Below, one piece after another: positions 26,840-39,425 of a DNA stretch of 64,000 bases. The first letter of the stretch is position 1, and each line of letters begins with the position of its first letter. The stretch spans positions 1 to 64,000 of the forward strand of contig NEEC01000024.1 of assembly GCA_002189035.1 (NCBI GenBank). The letters run 5' to 3'. Position numbers and translations under genes: made by a program. Under the pieces are notes generated by a model. That model did no database searches and was not told the DNA's origin. It saw only the letters and a list, made by a program, of their open reading frames with translations. This stretch comes from Utricularia gibba (taxonomy: Eukaryota > Plantae > Magnoliophyta).

Positions 26840-29800
26840 TTGTGACTTCGTTCTGACCCAAATTGCCACATCGGGTCCTACTCGACGAAAATCGTGCTGC
26901 ACTTATTGAAGTTAGGATGTCATCAAAAATGGTTTTCTCAACCGCATGCTTTATATCTGAGGAGGCGCTCTCGTGGGCAACGTTATCGAGAAGGAGGTCG
27001 AGTCGAGTCGGGCCCATAGTCATTTGTGGCTCGGCAAAAAACTTGATGCATTTCTTAACGTTGGGTTTTAATTGGCTGCCTACATGGTTTCTCAAGGAAA
27101 AGCTTGTCGTTTTTGGGGGTGATGTCGTTGTGAACTTCGTTCTGACCCAAGGTTCCTTTGCCACATCGGGTCCTACTCGACGAAAATCGTGATGCACTTA
27201 TTGAAGTTAGGATGTCATGAGCACCCAAAATGGTTTTCTCAACCGCATGCTTTATATCTGAGGAGGCGCTCTCGTGGGGCAACGGTATCGAGAAGGAGGT
27301 CGAGTCGAGCTCGGGCCCATAGTCATTTGTGCTCGGCAAAAAACTTGATGCATTTCTTAACGTTGGGTTTTAATTGGCTGCCTACATGGTTTCTCAAGGA
27401 AAAGCTTGTCGTTTTTGGGCGGGTGATGTCGTTGTGAACTTCGTTCTGACCCAAGGTTCCTTTGCCACATCGGGTCCTACTCGACGAAAATCGTGCTGCA
27501 CTTATTGAAGTTAGGATGTCATGAGCACCCAAAATGGTTTTCTCAACCGCATGCTTTATATCTGAGGAGGCGCTCTCGTGGGGCAACGGTATCGAGAAGG
27601 AGGTCGAGTCGAGCTCGGGCCCATAGTCATTTGTAGCTCGGCAAAAAACTTGATGCATTTCTTAACGTTGGGTTTTAATTGGCTGCCTACATGGTTTCTC
27701 AAGGAAAAGCTTGTCGTTTTTGGGCGGGTGATGTCGTTGTGAACTTCGTTCTGACCCAAGGTTCGGTCTGACTCCTTTGCCACATCGGGTCCTACTCGAC
27801 GAAAATCGTGCTGCACTTATTGAAGTTAGGATGTCATGAGCACCCAAAATGGTTTTCTCAACCGCATGCTTTATATCTGAGGAGGCGCTCTCGTGGGGCA
27901 ACGGTATCGAGAAGGAGGTCGAGTCGAGCTCGGGCCCATAGTCATTTGTGGCTCGGCAAAAAACTTGATGCATTTCTTAACGTTGGGTTTTAATTGGCTG
28001 CCTACATGGTTTCTCAAGGAAAAGCTTGTCGTTTTTGGGCGGTGATGTCGTTGTGAACTTCGTTCTGACCCAAGGTTCTCTGACTCCTTTGCCACATCGG
28101 GTCCTACTCGACGAAAATCGTGATGCACTTATTGAAGTTAGGATGTCATGAGCACCCAAAATGGTTTTCTCAACCGCATGCTTTATATCTGAGGAGGCGC
28201 TCTCGTGGGGCAACGGTATCGAGAAGGAGGTCGAGTCGAGCTCGGGCCCATAGTCATTTGTGGCTCGGCAAAAAACTTGATGCATTTCTTAACGTTGGGT
28301 TTTAATTGGCTGCCTACATGGTTTCTCAAGGAAAAGCTTGTCGTTTTTGGGCGGTGATGTCGTTGTGAACTTCGTTCTGACCCAAGGTTCCTTTGCCACA
28401 TCGGGTCCTACTCGACGAAAATCGTGCTGCACTTATTGAAGTTAGGATGTCATGAGCACCCAAAATGGTTTTCTCAACCGCATGCTTTATATCTGAGGAG
28501 GCGCTCTCGTGGGGCAACGGTATCGAGAAGGAGGTCGAGTCGAGCTCGGGCCCATAGTCATTTGTGCTCGGCAAAAAACTTGATGCATTTCTTAACGTTG
28601 GGTTTTAATTGGCTGCCTACATGGTTTCTCAAGGAAAAGCTTGTCGTTTTTGGGCGGGTGATGTCGTTGTGAACTTCGTTCTGACCCAAGGTTCCTTTGC
28701 CACATCGGGTCCTACTCGACGAAAATCGTGCTGCACTTATTGAAGTTAGGATGTCATGAGCACCCAAAATGGTTTTCTCAACCGCATGCTTTATATCTGA
28801 GGAGGCGCTCTCGTGGCAACGGTATCGAGAAGGAGGTCGAGTCGAGCTCGGGCCCATAGTCATTTGTGGCTCGGCAAAAAACTTGATGCATTTCTTAACG
28901 TTGGGTTTTAATTGGCTGCCTACATGGTTTCTCAAGGAAAAGCTTGTCGTTTTTGGGCGGGTGATGTCGTTGTGAACTTCGTTCTGACCCAAGGTCCTTT
29001 GCCACATCGGGTCCTACTCGACGAAAATCGTGTGCACTTATTGAAGTTAGGATGTCATGAGCACCCAAAATGGTTTTCTCAACCGCATGCTTTATATCTG
29101 AGGAGGCGCTCTCGTGGGGCAACGGTATCGAGAAGGAGGTCGAGTCGAGCTCGGGCCCATAGTCATTTGTAGCTCGGCAAAAAACTTGATGCATTTCTTA
29201 ACGTTGGGTTTTAATTGGCTGCCTACATGGTTTCTCAAGGAAAAGCTTGTCGTTTTTGGGCGGGTGATGTCGTTGTGAACTTCGTTCTGACCCAAGGTTC
29301 CTTTGCCACATCGGGTCCTACTCGACGAAAATCGTGCTGCACTTATTGAAGTTAGGATGTCATGAGCACCCAAAATGGTTTTCTCAACCGCATGCTTTAT
29401 ATCTGAGGAGGCGCTCTCGTGGGGCAACGGTATCGAGAAGGAGGTCGAGTCGAGCTCGGGCCCATAGTCATTTGTGGCTCGGCAAAAAACTTGATGCATT
29501 TCTTAACGTTGGGTTTTAATTGGCTGCCTACATGGTTTCTCAAGGAAAAGCTTGTCGTTTTTGGGCGGGTGATGTCGTTGTGAACTTCGTTCTGACCCAA
29601 GGTTCGGTGACTCCTTTGCCACATCGGGTCCTACTCGACGAAAATCGTGCTGCACTTATTGAAGTTAGGATGTCATGAGCACCCAAAATGGTTTTCTCAA
29701 CCGCATGCTTTATATCTGAGGAGGCGCTCTCGTGGGGCAACGGTATCGAGAAGGAGGTCGAGTCGAGCTCGGGCCCATAGTCATTTGTAGCTCGGCAAAA

Positions 29801-32800
29801 AACTTGATGCATTTCTTAACGTTGGTTTTAATTGGCTGCCTACATGGTTTCTCAAGGAAAAGCTTGTCGTTTTTGGGCGGGTGATGTCGTTGTGAACTTC
29901 GTTCTGACCCAAGGTTCGTCTGACTCCTTTGCCACATCGGGTCCTACTCGACGAAAATCGTGATGCACTTATTGAAGTTAGGATGTCATAAGCACCCAAA
30001 ATGGTTTTCTCAACCGCATGCTTTATATCTGAGGAGGCGCTCTCGTGGGCAACGGTATCGAGAAGGAGGTCGAGTCGAGCTCGGGCCCATAGTCATTTGT
30101 AGCTCGGCAAAAAACTTGATGCATTTCTTAACGTTGGGTTTTAATTGGCTGCCTACATGGTTTCTCAAGGAAAAGCTTGTCGTTTTTGGGCGGGTGATGT
30201 CGTTGTGAACTTCGTTCTGACCCAAGGTTCCTTTGCCACATCGGGTCCTACTCGACGAAAATCGTGATGCACTTATTGAAGTTAGGATGTCATGAGCACC
30301 CAAAATGGTTTTCTCAACCGCATGCTTTATATCTGAGGAGGCGCTCTCGTGGGCAACGGTATCGAGAAGGAGGTCGAGTCGAGCTCGGGCCCATAGTCAT
30401 TTGTGGCTCGGCAAAAAACTTGATGCATTTCTTAACGTTGGGTTTTAATTGGCTGCCTACATGGTTTCTCAAGGAAAAGCTTGTCGTTTTTGGGCGGGTG
30501 ATGTCGTTGTGAACTTCGTTCTGACCCAAGGTTGACTCCTTTGCCACATCGGGTCCTACTCGACGAAAATCGTGCTGCACTTATTGAAGTTAGGATGTCA
30601 TGAGCACCCAAAATGGTTTTCTCAACCGCATGCTTTATATCTGAGGAGGCGCTCTCGTGGGGCAACGTATCGAGAAGGAGGTCGAGTCGAGCTCGGGCCC
30701 ATAGTCATTTGTGCTCGGCAAAAAACTTGATGCATTTCTTAACGTTGGGTTTTAATTGGCTGCCTACATGGTTTCTCAAGGAAAAGCTTGTCGTTTTTGG
30801 GCGGTGATGTCGTTGTGAACTTCGTTCTGACCCAAGGTTCCTTTGCCACATCGGGTCCTACTCGACGAAAATCGTGCTGCACTTATTGAAGTTAGGATGT
30901 CATGAGCACCCAAAATGGTTTTCTCAACCGCATGCTTTATATCTGAGGAGGCGCTCTCGTGGGGCAACGGTATCGAGAAGGAGGTCGAGTCGAGCTCGGG
31001 CCCATAGTCATTTGTGGCTCGGCAAAAAACTTGATGCATTTCTTAACGTTGGGTTTTAATTGGCTGCCTACATGGTTTCTCAAGGAAAAGCTTGTCGTTT
31101 TTGGGCGGTGATGTCGTTGTGAACTTCGTTCTGACCCAAGGGTCTGACTCCTTTGCCACATCGGGTCCTACTCGACGAAAATCGTGATGCACTTATTGAA
31201 GTTAGGATGTCATGAGCACCCAAAATGGTTTTCTCAACCGCATGCTTTATATCTGAGGAGGCGCTCTCGTGGGGCAACGGTATCGAGAAGGAGGTCGAGT
31301 CGAGCTCGGGCCCATAGTCATTTGTAGCTCGGCAAAAAACTTGATGCATTTCTTAACGTTGGGTTTTAATTGGCTGCCTACATGGTTTCTCAAGGAAAAG
31401 CTTGTCGTTTTGGGCGGGTGATGTCGTTGTGAACTTCGTTCTGACCCAAGGTTCCTTTGCCACATCGGGTCCTACTCGACGAAAATCGTGCTGCACTTAT
31501 TGAAGTTAGGATGTCATGAGCACCCAAAATGGTTTTCTCAACCGCATGCTTTATATCTGAGGAGGCGCTCTCGTGGGCAACGGTATCGAGAAGGAGGTCG
31601 AGTCGAGCTCGGGCCCATAGTCATTTGTAGCTCGGCAAAAAACTTGATGCATTTCTTAACGTTGGGTTTTAATTGGCTGCCTACATGGTTTCTCAAGGAA
31701 AAGCTTGTCGTTTTTGGGCGGGTGATGTCGTTGTGAACTTCGTTCTGACCCAAGGTTCCTTTGCCACATCGGGTCCTACTCGACGAAAATCGTTGCACTT
31801 ATTGAAGTTAGGATGTCATGAGCACCCAAAATGGTTTTCTCAACCGCATGCTTTATATCTGAGGAGGCGCTCTCGTGGGGCAACGGTATCGAGAAGGAGG
31901 TCGAGTCGAGCTCGGGCCCATAGTCATTTGTGGCTCGGCAAAAAACTTGATGCATTTCTTAACGTTGGGTTTTAATTGGCTGCCTACATGGTTTCTCAAG
32001 GAAAAGCTTGTCGTTTTTGGCGGGTGATGTCGTTGTGAACTTCGTTCTGACCCAAGGTTCGGTCTGACTCCTTTGCCACATCGGGTCCTACTCGACGAAA
32101 ATCGTGCTGCACTTATTGAAGTTAGGATGTCATGAGCACCCAAAATGGTTTTCTCAACCGCATGCTTTATATCTGAGGAGGCGCTCTCGTGGGCAACGGT
32201 ATCGAGAAGGAGGTCGAGTCGAGCTCGGGCCCATAGTCATTTGTAGCTCGGCAAAAAACTTGATGCATTTCTTAACGTTGGGTTTTAATTGGCTGCCTAC
32301 ATGGTTTCTCAAGGAAAAGCTTGTCGTTTTTGGCGGGTGATGTCGTTGTGAACTTCGTTCTGACCCAAGGTTCCTTTGCCACATCGGGTCCTACTCGACG
32401 AAAATCGTGCTGCACTTATTGAAGTTAGGATGTCATGAGCACCCAAAATGGTTTTCTCAACCGCATGCTTTATATCTGAGGAGGCGCTCTCGGGGCAACG
32501 GTATCGAGAAGGAGGTCGAGTCGAGCTCGGGCCCATAGTCATTTGTAGCTCGGCAAAAAACTTGATGCATTTCTTAACGTTGGGTTTTAATTGGCTGCCT
32601 ACATGGTTTCTCAAGGAAAAGCTTGTCGTTTTTGGGCGGGTGATGTCGTTGTGAACTTCGTTCTGACCCAAGGTTCCTTTTGCCACATCGGGTCCTACTC
32701 GACGAAAATCGTGCTGCACTTATTGAAGTTAGGATGTCATGAGCACCCAAAATGGTTTTCTCAACCGCATGCTTTATATCTGAGGAGGCGCTCTCGTGGG

Positions 32801-33600
32801 CAACGGTATCGAGAAGGAGGTCGAGTCGAGCTCGGGCCCATAGTCATTTGTGGCTCGGCAAAAAACTTGATGCATTTCTTAACGTTGGGTTTTAATTGGC
32901 TGCCTACATGGTTTCTCAAGGAAAAGCTTGTCGTTTTTGGGGGTGATGTCGTTGTGAACTTCGTTCTGACCCAAGGTTCCTTTGCCACATCGGGTCCTAC
33001 TCGACGAAAATCGTGCTGCACTTATTGAAGTTAGGATGTCATGAGCACCCAAAATGGTTTTCTCAACCGCATGCTTTATATCTGAGGAGGCGCTCTCGTG
33101 GGGCAACGGTATCGAGAAGGAGGTCGAGTCGAGCTCGGGCCCATAGTCATTTGTGGCTCGGCAAAAAACTTGATGCATTTCTTAACGTTGGGTTTTAATT
33201 GGCTGCCTACATGGTTTCTCAAGGAAAAGCTTGTCGTTTTTGGGCGGGTGGTGTGTTGTGAACTTCGTTCTGACCCAATTCGCCACATCGGGTCCTACTC
33301 GACGAAAATCGTGCTGCACTTATTGAAGTTAGGATGTCATGAGCACCCAAAATGGTTTTCTCAACCGCATGCTTTATATCTGAGGAGGCGCTCTCGTGGG
33401 GCAACGGTATCGAGAAGGAGGTCGAGTCGAGCTCGGGCCCATAGTCATTTGTGGCTCGGCAAAAAACTTGATGCATTTCTTAACGTTGGGTTTTAATTGG
33501 CTGCCTACATGGTTTCTCAAGGAAAAGCTTGTCGTTTTTGGGCGGGTGATGTCGTTGTGAACTTCGTTCTGACCCAAGGGTCCCCTTTGCCACATCGGGT
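26840..33600. repeat. Sub-block enriched in ~305-bp (10-bp-deleted) monomers
   Basis: Most junctions here read CAAGGTTCCTTTGCC or a close variant (about 27150, 27455, 28385, 28690, 28990, 29295, 30225, 30835, 31450, 31750, 32370, 32670, 32975). Intact junctions are rare (about 27760 and 32055). Confidence 0.8.
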
Positions 33601-36600
33601 CCTACTCGACGAAAATCGTGATGCACTTATTGAAGTTAGGATGTCATAAGCACCCAAAATGGTTTTCTCAACCGCATGCTTTATATCTGAGGAGGCGCTC
33701 TCGTGGGGCAACGGTATCGAGAAGGAGGTCGAGTCGAGCTCGGGCCCATAGTCATTTGTAGCTCGGCAAAAAACTTGATGCATTTCTTAACGTTGGGTTT
33801 TAATTGGCTGCCTACATGGTTTCTCAAGGAAAAGCTTGTCGTTTTTGGGCGGGTGATGTCGTTGTGAACTTCGTTCTGACCCAAGGTTCGGTCTGACTCC
33901 TTTGCCACATCGGGTCCTACTCGACGAAAATCGTGCTGCACTTATTGAAGTTAGGATGTCATGAGCACCCAAAATGGTTTTCTCAACCGCATGCTTTATA
34001 TCTGAGGAGGCGCTCTCGTGGGGCAACGGTATCGAGAAGGAGGTCGAGTCGAGCTCGGGCCCATAGTCATTTGTGGCTCGGCAAAAAACTTGATGCATTT
34101 CTTAACGTTGGGTTTTAATTGGCTGCCTACATGGTTTCTCAAGGAAAAGCTTGTCGTTTTTGGGCGGTGATGTCGTTGTGAACTTCGTTCTGACCCAAGG
34201 TTCCTTTGCCACATCGGTCCTACTCGACGAAAATCGTGATGCACTTATTGAAGTTAGGATGTCATGAGCACCCAAAATGGTTTTCTCAACCGCATGCTTT
34301 ATATCTGAGGAGGCGCTCTCGTGGGGCAACGGTATCGAGAAGGAGGTCGAGTCGAGCTCGGGCCCATAGTCATTTGTGGCTCGGCAAAAAACTTGATGCA
34401 TTTCTTAACGTTGGGTTTTAATTGGCTGCCTACATGGTTTCTCAAGGAAAAGCTTGTCGTTTTTGGGTGTGTCGTTGTGAACTTCGTTCTGACCCAAGGT
34501 TCGGTCTGACTCCTTTGCCACATCGGGTCCTACTCGACGAAAATCGTGATGCACTTATTGAAGTTAGGATGTCATGAGCACCCAAAATGGTTTTCTCAAC
34601 CGCATGCTTTATATCTGAGAGGCGCTCTCGTGGGGCAACGGTATCGAGAAGGAGGTCGAGTCGAGCTCGGGCCCATAGTCATTTGTGGCTCGGCAAAAAA
34701 CTTGATGCATTTCTTAACGTTGGGTTTTAATTGGCTGCCTACATGGTTTCTCAAGGAAAAGCTTGTCGTTTTTGGGGGTGATGTCGTTGTGAACTTCGTT
34801 CTGACCCAAGGTTCTGACTCCTTTGCCACATCGGGTCCTACTCGACGAAAATCGTGATGCACTTATTGAAGTTAGGATGTCATAAGCACCCAAAATGGTT
34901 TTCTCAACCGCATGCTTTATATCTGAGGAGGCTCTCGTGGGGCAACGGTATCGAGAAGGAGGTCGAGTCGAGCTCGGGCCCATAGTCATTTGTAGCTCGG
35001 CAAAAAACTTGATGCATTTCTTAACGTTGGGTTTTAATTGGCTGCCTACATGGTTTCTCAAGGAAAAGCTTGTCGTTTTTGGGCGGGTGATGTCGTTGTG
35101 AACTTCGTTCTGACCCAAGGTCCTTTGCCACATCGGGTCCTACTCGACGAAAATCGTGCTGCACTTATTGAAGTTAGGATGTCATGAGCACCCAAAATGG
35201 TTTTCTCAACCGCATGCTTTATATCTGAGGAGGCGCTCTCGTGGGGCAACGGTATCGAGAAGGAGTCGAGTCGAGCTCGGCCCATAGTCATTTGTAGCTC
35301 GGCAAAAAACTTGATGCATTTTTTAACGTTGGGTTTTAATTGGCTGCCTACATGGTTTTCAAGGAAAAGCTTGTCGTTTTGGGCGGGTGATGTCGTTGTG
35401 AACTTCGTTCTGACCCAAGGTTCCTTGCCACATCGGGTCCTACTCGACGAAAATCGTGCTGCACTTATTGAAGTTAGGATGTCATGAGCACCCAAAATGG
35501 TTTTCTCAACCGCATGCTTTATATCTGAGGAGGCGCTCTCGTGGCAACGGTATCGGAAGGAGGTCGAGTCGAGCTCGGGCCCATAGTCATTTGTGGCTCG
35601 GCAAAAAACTTGATGCATTTCTTAACGTTGGGTTTTAATTGGCTGCCTACATGGTTTCTCAAGGAAAAGCTTGTCGTTTTGGGCGGTGATGTCGTTGTGA
35701 ACTTCGTTCTGACCCAAGGTTCGGTCTGACTCCTTTGCCACATCGGGTCCTACTCGACGAAAATCGTGATGCACTTATTGAAGTTAGGATGTCATGAGCA
35801 CCCAAAATGGTTTTCTCAACCGCATGCTTTATATCTGAGGAGGCGCTCTCGTGGGGCAACGGTATCGAGAAGGAGGTCGAGTCGAGCTCGGGCCCATAGT
35901 CATTTGGCTCGGCAAAAAACTTGATGCATTTCTTAACGTTGGGTTTTAATTGGCTGCCTACATGGTTTCTCAAGGAAAAGCTTGTCGTTTTTGGGCGGGT
36001 GATGTCGTTGTGAACTTCGTTCTGACCCAAGTTCCTTTGCCACATCGGGTCCTACTCGACGAAAATCGTGCTGCACTTATTGAAGTTAGGATGTCATGAG
36101 CACCCAAAATGGTTTTCTCAACCGCATGCTTTATATCTGAGGAGGCGCTCTCGTGGGGCAACGGTATCGAGAAGGAGGTCGAGTCGAGCTCGGGCCCATA
36201 GTCATTTGTAGCTCGGCAAAAAACTTGATGCATTTCTTAACGTTGGGTTTTAATTGGCTGCCTACATGGTTTCTCAAGGAAAAGCTTGTCGTTTTTGGGC
36301 GGGTGATGTCGTTGTGAACTTCGTTCTGACCCAAGGTTCGGTCTGACTCCTTTGCCACATCGGGTCCTACTCGACGAAAATCGTGCTGCACTTATTGAAG
36401 TTAGGATGTCATGAGCACCCAAAATGGTTTTCTCAACCGCATGCTTTATATCTGAGGAGGCGCTCTCGTGGGCAACGGTATCGAGAAGGAGGTCGAGTCG
36501 AGCTCGGGCCCATAGTCATTTGTAGCTCGGCAAAAAACTTGATGCATTTCTTAACGTTGGGTTTTAATTGGCTGCCTACATGGTTTCTCAAGGAAAAGCT

Positions 36601-39425
36601 TGTCGTTTTTGGGCGGGTGATGTCGTTGTGAACTTCGTTCTGACCCAAGGTCCTTTGCCACATCGGGTCCTACTCGACGAAAATCGTGATGCACTTATTG
36701 AAGTTAGGATGTCATGAGCACCCAAAATGGTTTTCTCAACCGCATGCTTTATATCTGAGGAGGCGCTCTCGTGGGGCAACGGTATCGAGAAGGAGGTCGA
36801 GTCGAGCTCGGGCCCATAGTCATTTGTGGCTCGGCAAAAAACTTGATGCATTTCTTAACGTTGGGTTTTAATTGGCTGCCTACATGGTTTCTCAAGGAAA
36901 AGCTTGTCGTTTTTGGGCGGGTGATGTCGTTGTGAACTTCGTTCTGACCCAAGGTTCGGTGACTCCTTTGCCACATCGGGTCCTACTCGACGAAAATCGT
37001 GCTGCACTTATTGAAGTTAGGATGTCATGAGCACCAAATGGTTTTCTCAACCGCATGCTTTATATTGAGGAGGCGCTCTCGTGGGGCAACGGTATCGAGG
37101 GAGGTCGAGTCGAGCTCGGGCCCATAGTCATTTGGCTCGGCAAAAAACTTGTGATGTCTGATTTTCTTACTCGACGTTGGGTTTTAAGTTGGCTGCCTAA
37201 CATGGATTCTCGTCAAGGAAAAGGCTTGGTCGTTTTTGGGCGGGTGATGTCGTTGTGAACTTCGTTCTGACCCAAGGTTCGGTCTGACTCCTTTGCCACA
37301 TCGGGTCCTACTCGACGAAAAGTCGAGTGCTCGCACTTTATTGAAGTTAGGTATGGTCATGAGCACCTCAAAACTGGTTTCTCGTGCACACCGCATGCTT
37401 TATATCTGAGGAGGCGCTCTCGTGGGGCAACGGTATCGAGAAGGAGGTCGAGTCGAGCTCGGGCCCATAGTCATTTGTGGCTCGGCAAAAAACTTGATGC
37501 ATTTCTTAACGTTGGGTTTTAATTGGCTGCCTACATGGTTTCTCAAGGAAAAGCTTGTCGTTTTTGGGCGGGTGATGTCGTTGTGAACTTCGTTCTGACC
37601 CAAGGTTCCTGACTCCTGCCACATCGGGTCCTACTCGACGAAATCGTGCTGCACTTATTGAAGTTAGGATGTCATGAGCACCCAAAATGGTTTTCTCAAC
37701 CGCATGCTTTATATCTGAGGAGGCGCTCTCGTGGGGCAACGGTATCGAGAAGGAGGTCGAGTCGAGCTCGGGCCCATAGTCATTTGTGGCTCGGCAAAAA
37801 ACTTGATGCATTTCTTAACGTTGGGTTTTAATTGGCTGCCTACATGGTTTCTCAAGGAAAAGCTTGTCGTTTTTGGGCGGGTGATGTCGTTGTGAACTTC
37901 GTTCTGACCCAAGGTTCGGTCTGACTCCTTTGCCACATCGGGTCCTACTCGACGAAAATCGTGATGCACTTATTGAAGTTAGGATGTCATGAGCACCCAA
38001 AATGGTTTTCTCAACCGCATGCTTTATATCTGAGGAGGCGCTCTCGTGGGCAACGTATCGAGAAGGAGTCGTCGAGTCGAGCGGGGCCCTATAGTTTTGT
38101 GTGTTCTCGGCAAAACTTGATGCATGCATTTCTTAACTGGGTGGTTTTAATTGTGCTGCCTATGCATTTTTCTCAAGGAAAAGCTTGTCGTTTTTGGGCG
38201 GGTGATGTCGTTGTGAACTTCGTTCTGACCCAAGGTTCGGTCTGACTCCTTTGCCACATCGGGTCCTACTCGACGAAAATCGTGCACACTTATTGAAGTT
38301 AGGATCATCGAGAGCCCCAAAATGGTTTCTCAACCCGCATGCTTTATTCTGAGGCGCGCTCTGTGGGGCGGTATATCGAGAAGGAGGTCGAGTCGAGCTC
38401 GGGCCCATAGTCATTTGTGGCTCGGCAAAAAACTTGATGCATTTCTTAACGTTGGGTTTTAATTGGCTGCCTACATGGTTTCTCAAGGAAAAGCTTGTCG
38501 TTTTTGGGCGGGTGATGTCGTTGTGAACTTCGTTCTGACCCAAGGTTCGGTCTGACTCCTTTGCCACATCGGGTCCTACTCGACGAAATCGTGCTGCACT
38601 CTTGGTTTTCTCATGCTTTATATCTGAAGAGAAGGAGGTCGAGTCGAGCTCGTCATCATTTGTGGCTCGGCAACATTTCAAAATGGTTTTTTTGGGCAAC
38701 CGCATGCTTTATATCTCGTGAGGAAGCTCTCTCAACCGGGGCAACGGTATATCGAGAAGGAGGTCGAGTCGAGCTCGGGCCCATAGTCATTTGTAGCTCG
38801 GCAAAAAACTTGATGCATTTCTTAACGTTGGGTTTTAATTGGCTGCCTACATGGTTTCTCAAGGAAAAGCTTGTCGTTTTTGGGCGGGTGATGTCGTTGT
38901 GAACTTCGTTCTGACCCAAGGTTCCTTTGTCTCCTACTCGACCTTTTTCCACATCGGGTCTACTCGACGAAAATCGTGCTCGGCATTGATGCATTAATTG
39001 GCTGAAGGTTTCTCAAGGAAAAGCTAGTCGTTTTTGGGCGGGTGATGTCATGAGCACCAAAATGGTTTTCTCAACCGCATTTATATTGAGGAGGCGCTCT
39101 CGTGGGGCAACGGTATCGAGAAGGAGGTCGAGTCGAGCTCGGGCCCATAGTCATTTGTGAACTTCGTTCTGACCCAAGTTCGGTCTGACTCCTTTTTTAC
39201 AACTCGAAAAATCTTGATGGATGTCATTGGTTTTCTCAACCGCATGCTTTATACTGAGGAGGCGCTCTCGTGGTATCGAGAAGGAGTTAGCTCGGGCCCA
39301 TTCATTTGGGCTGCAAAAAACTTGATGCATGTTGGGTTTTAATTGGCTGCCTACATGGAAGGAAAAGCTTGTCGTTTTTGGGCGGGTGATGTCGTTGTGA
39401 ACTTCGTTCTGACCCAAGGTTCGGT

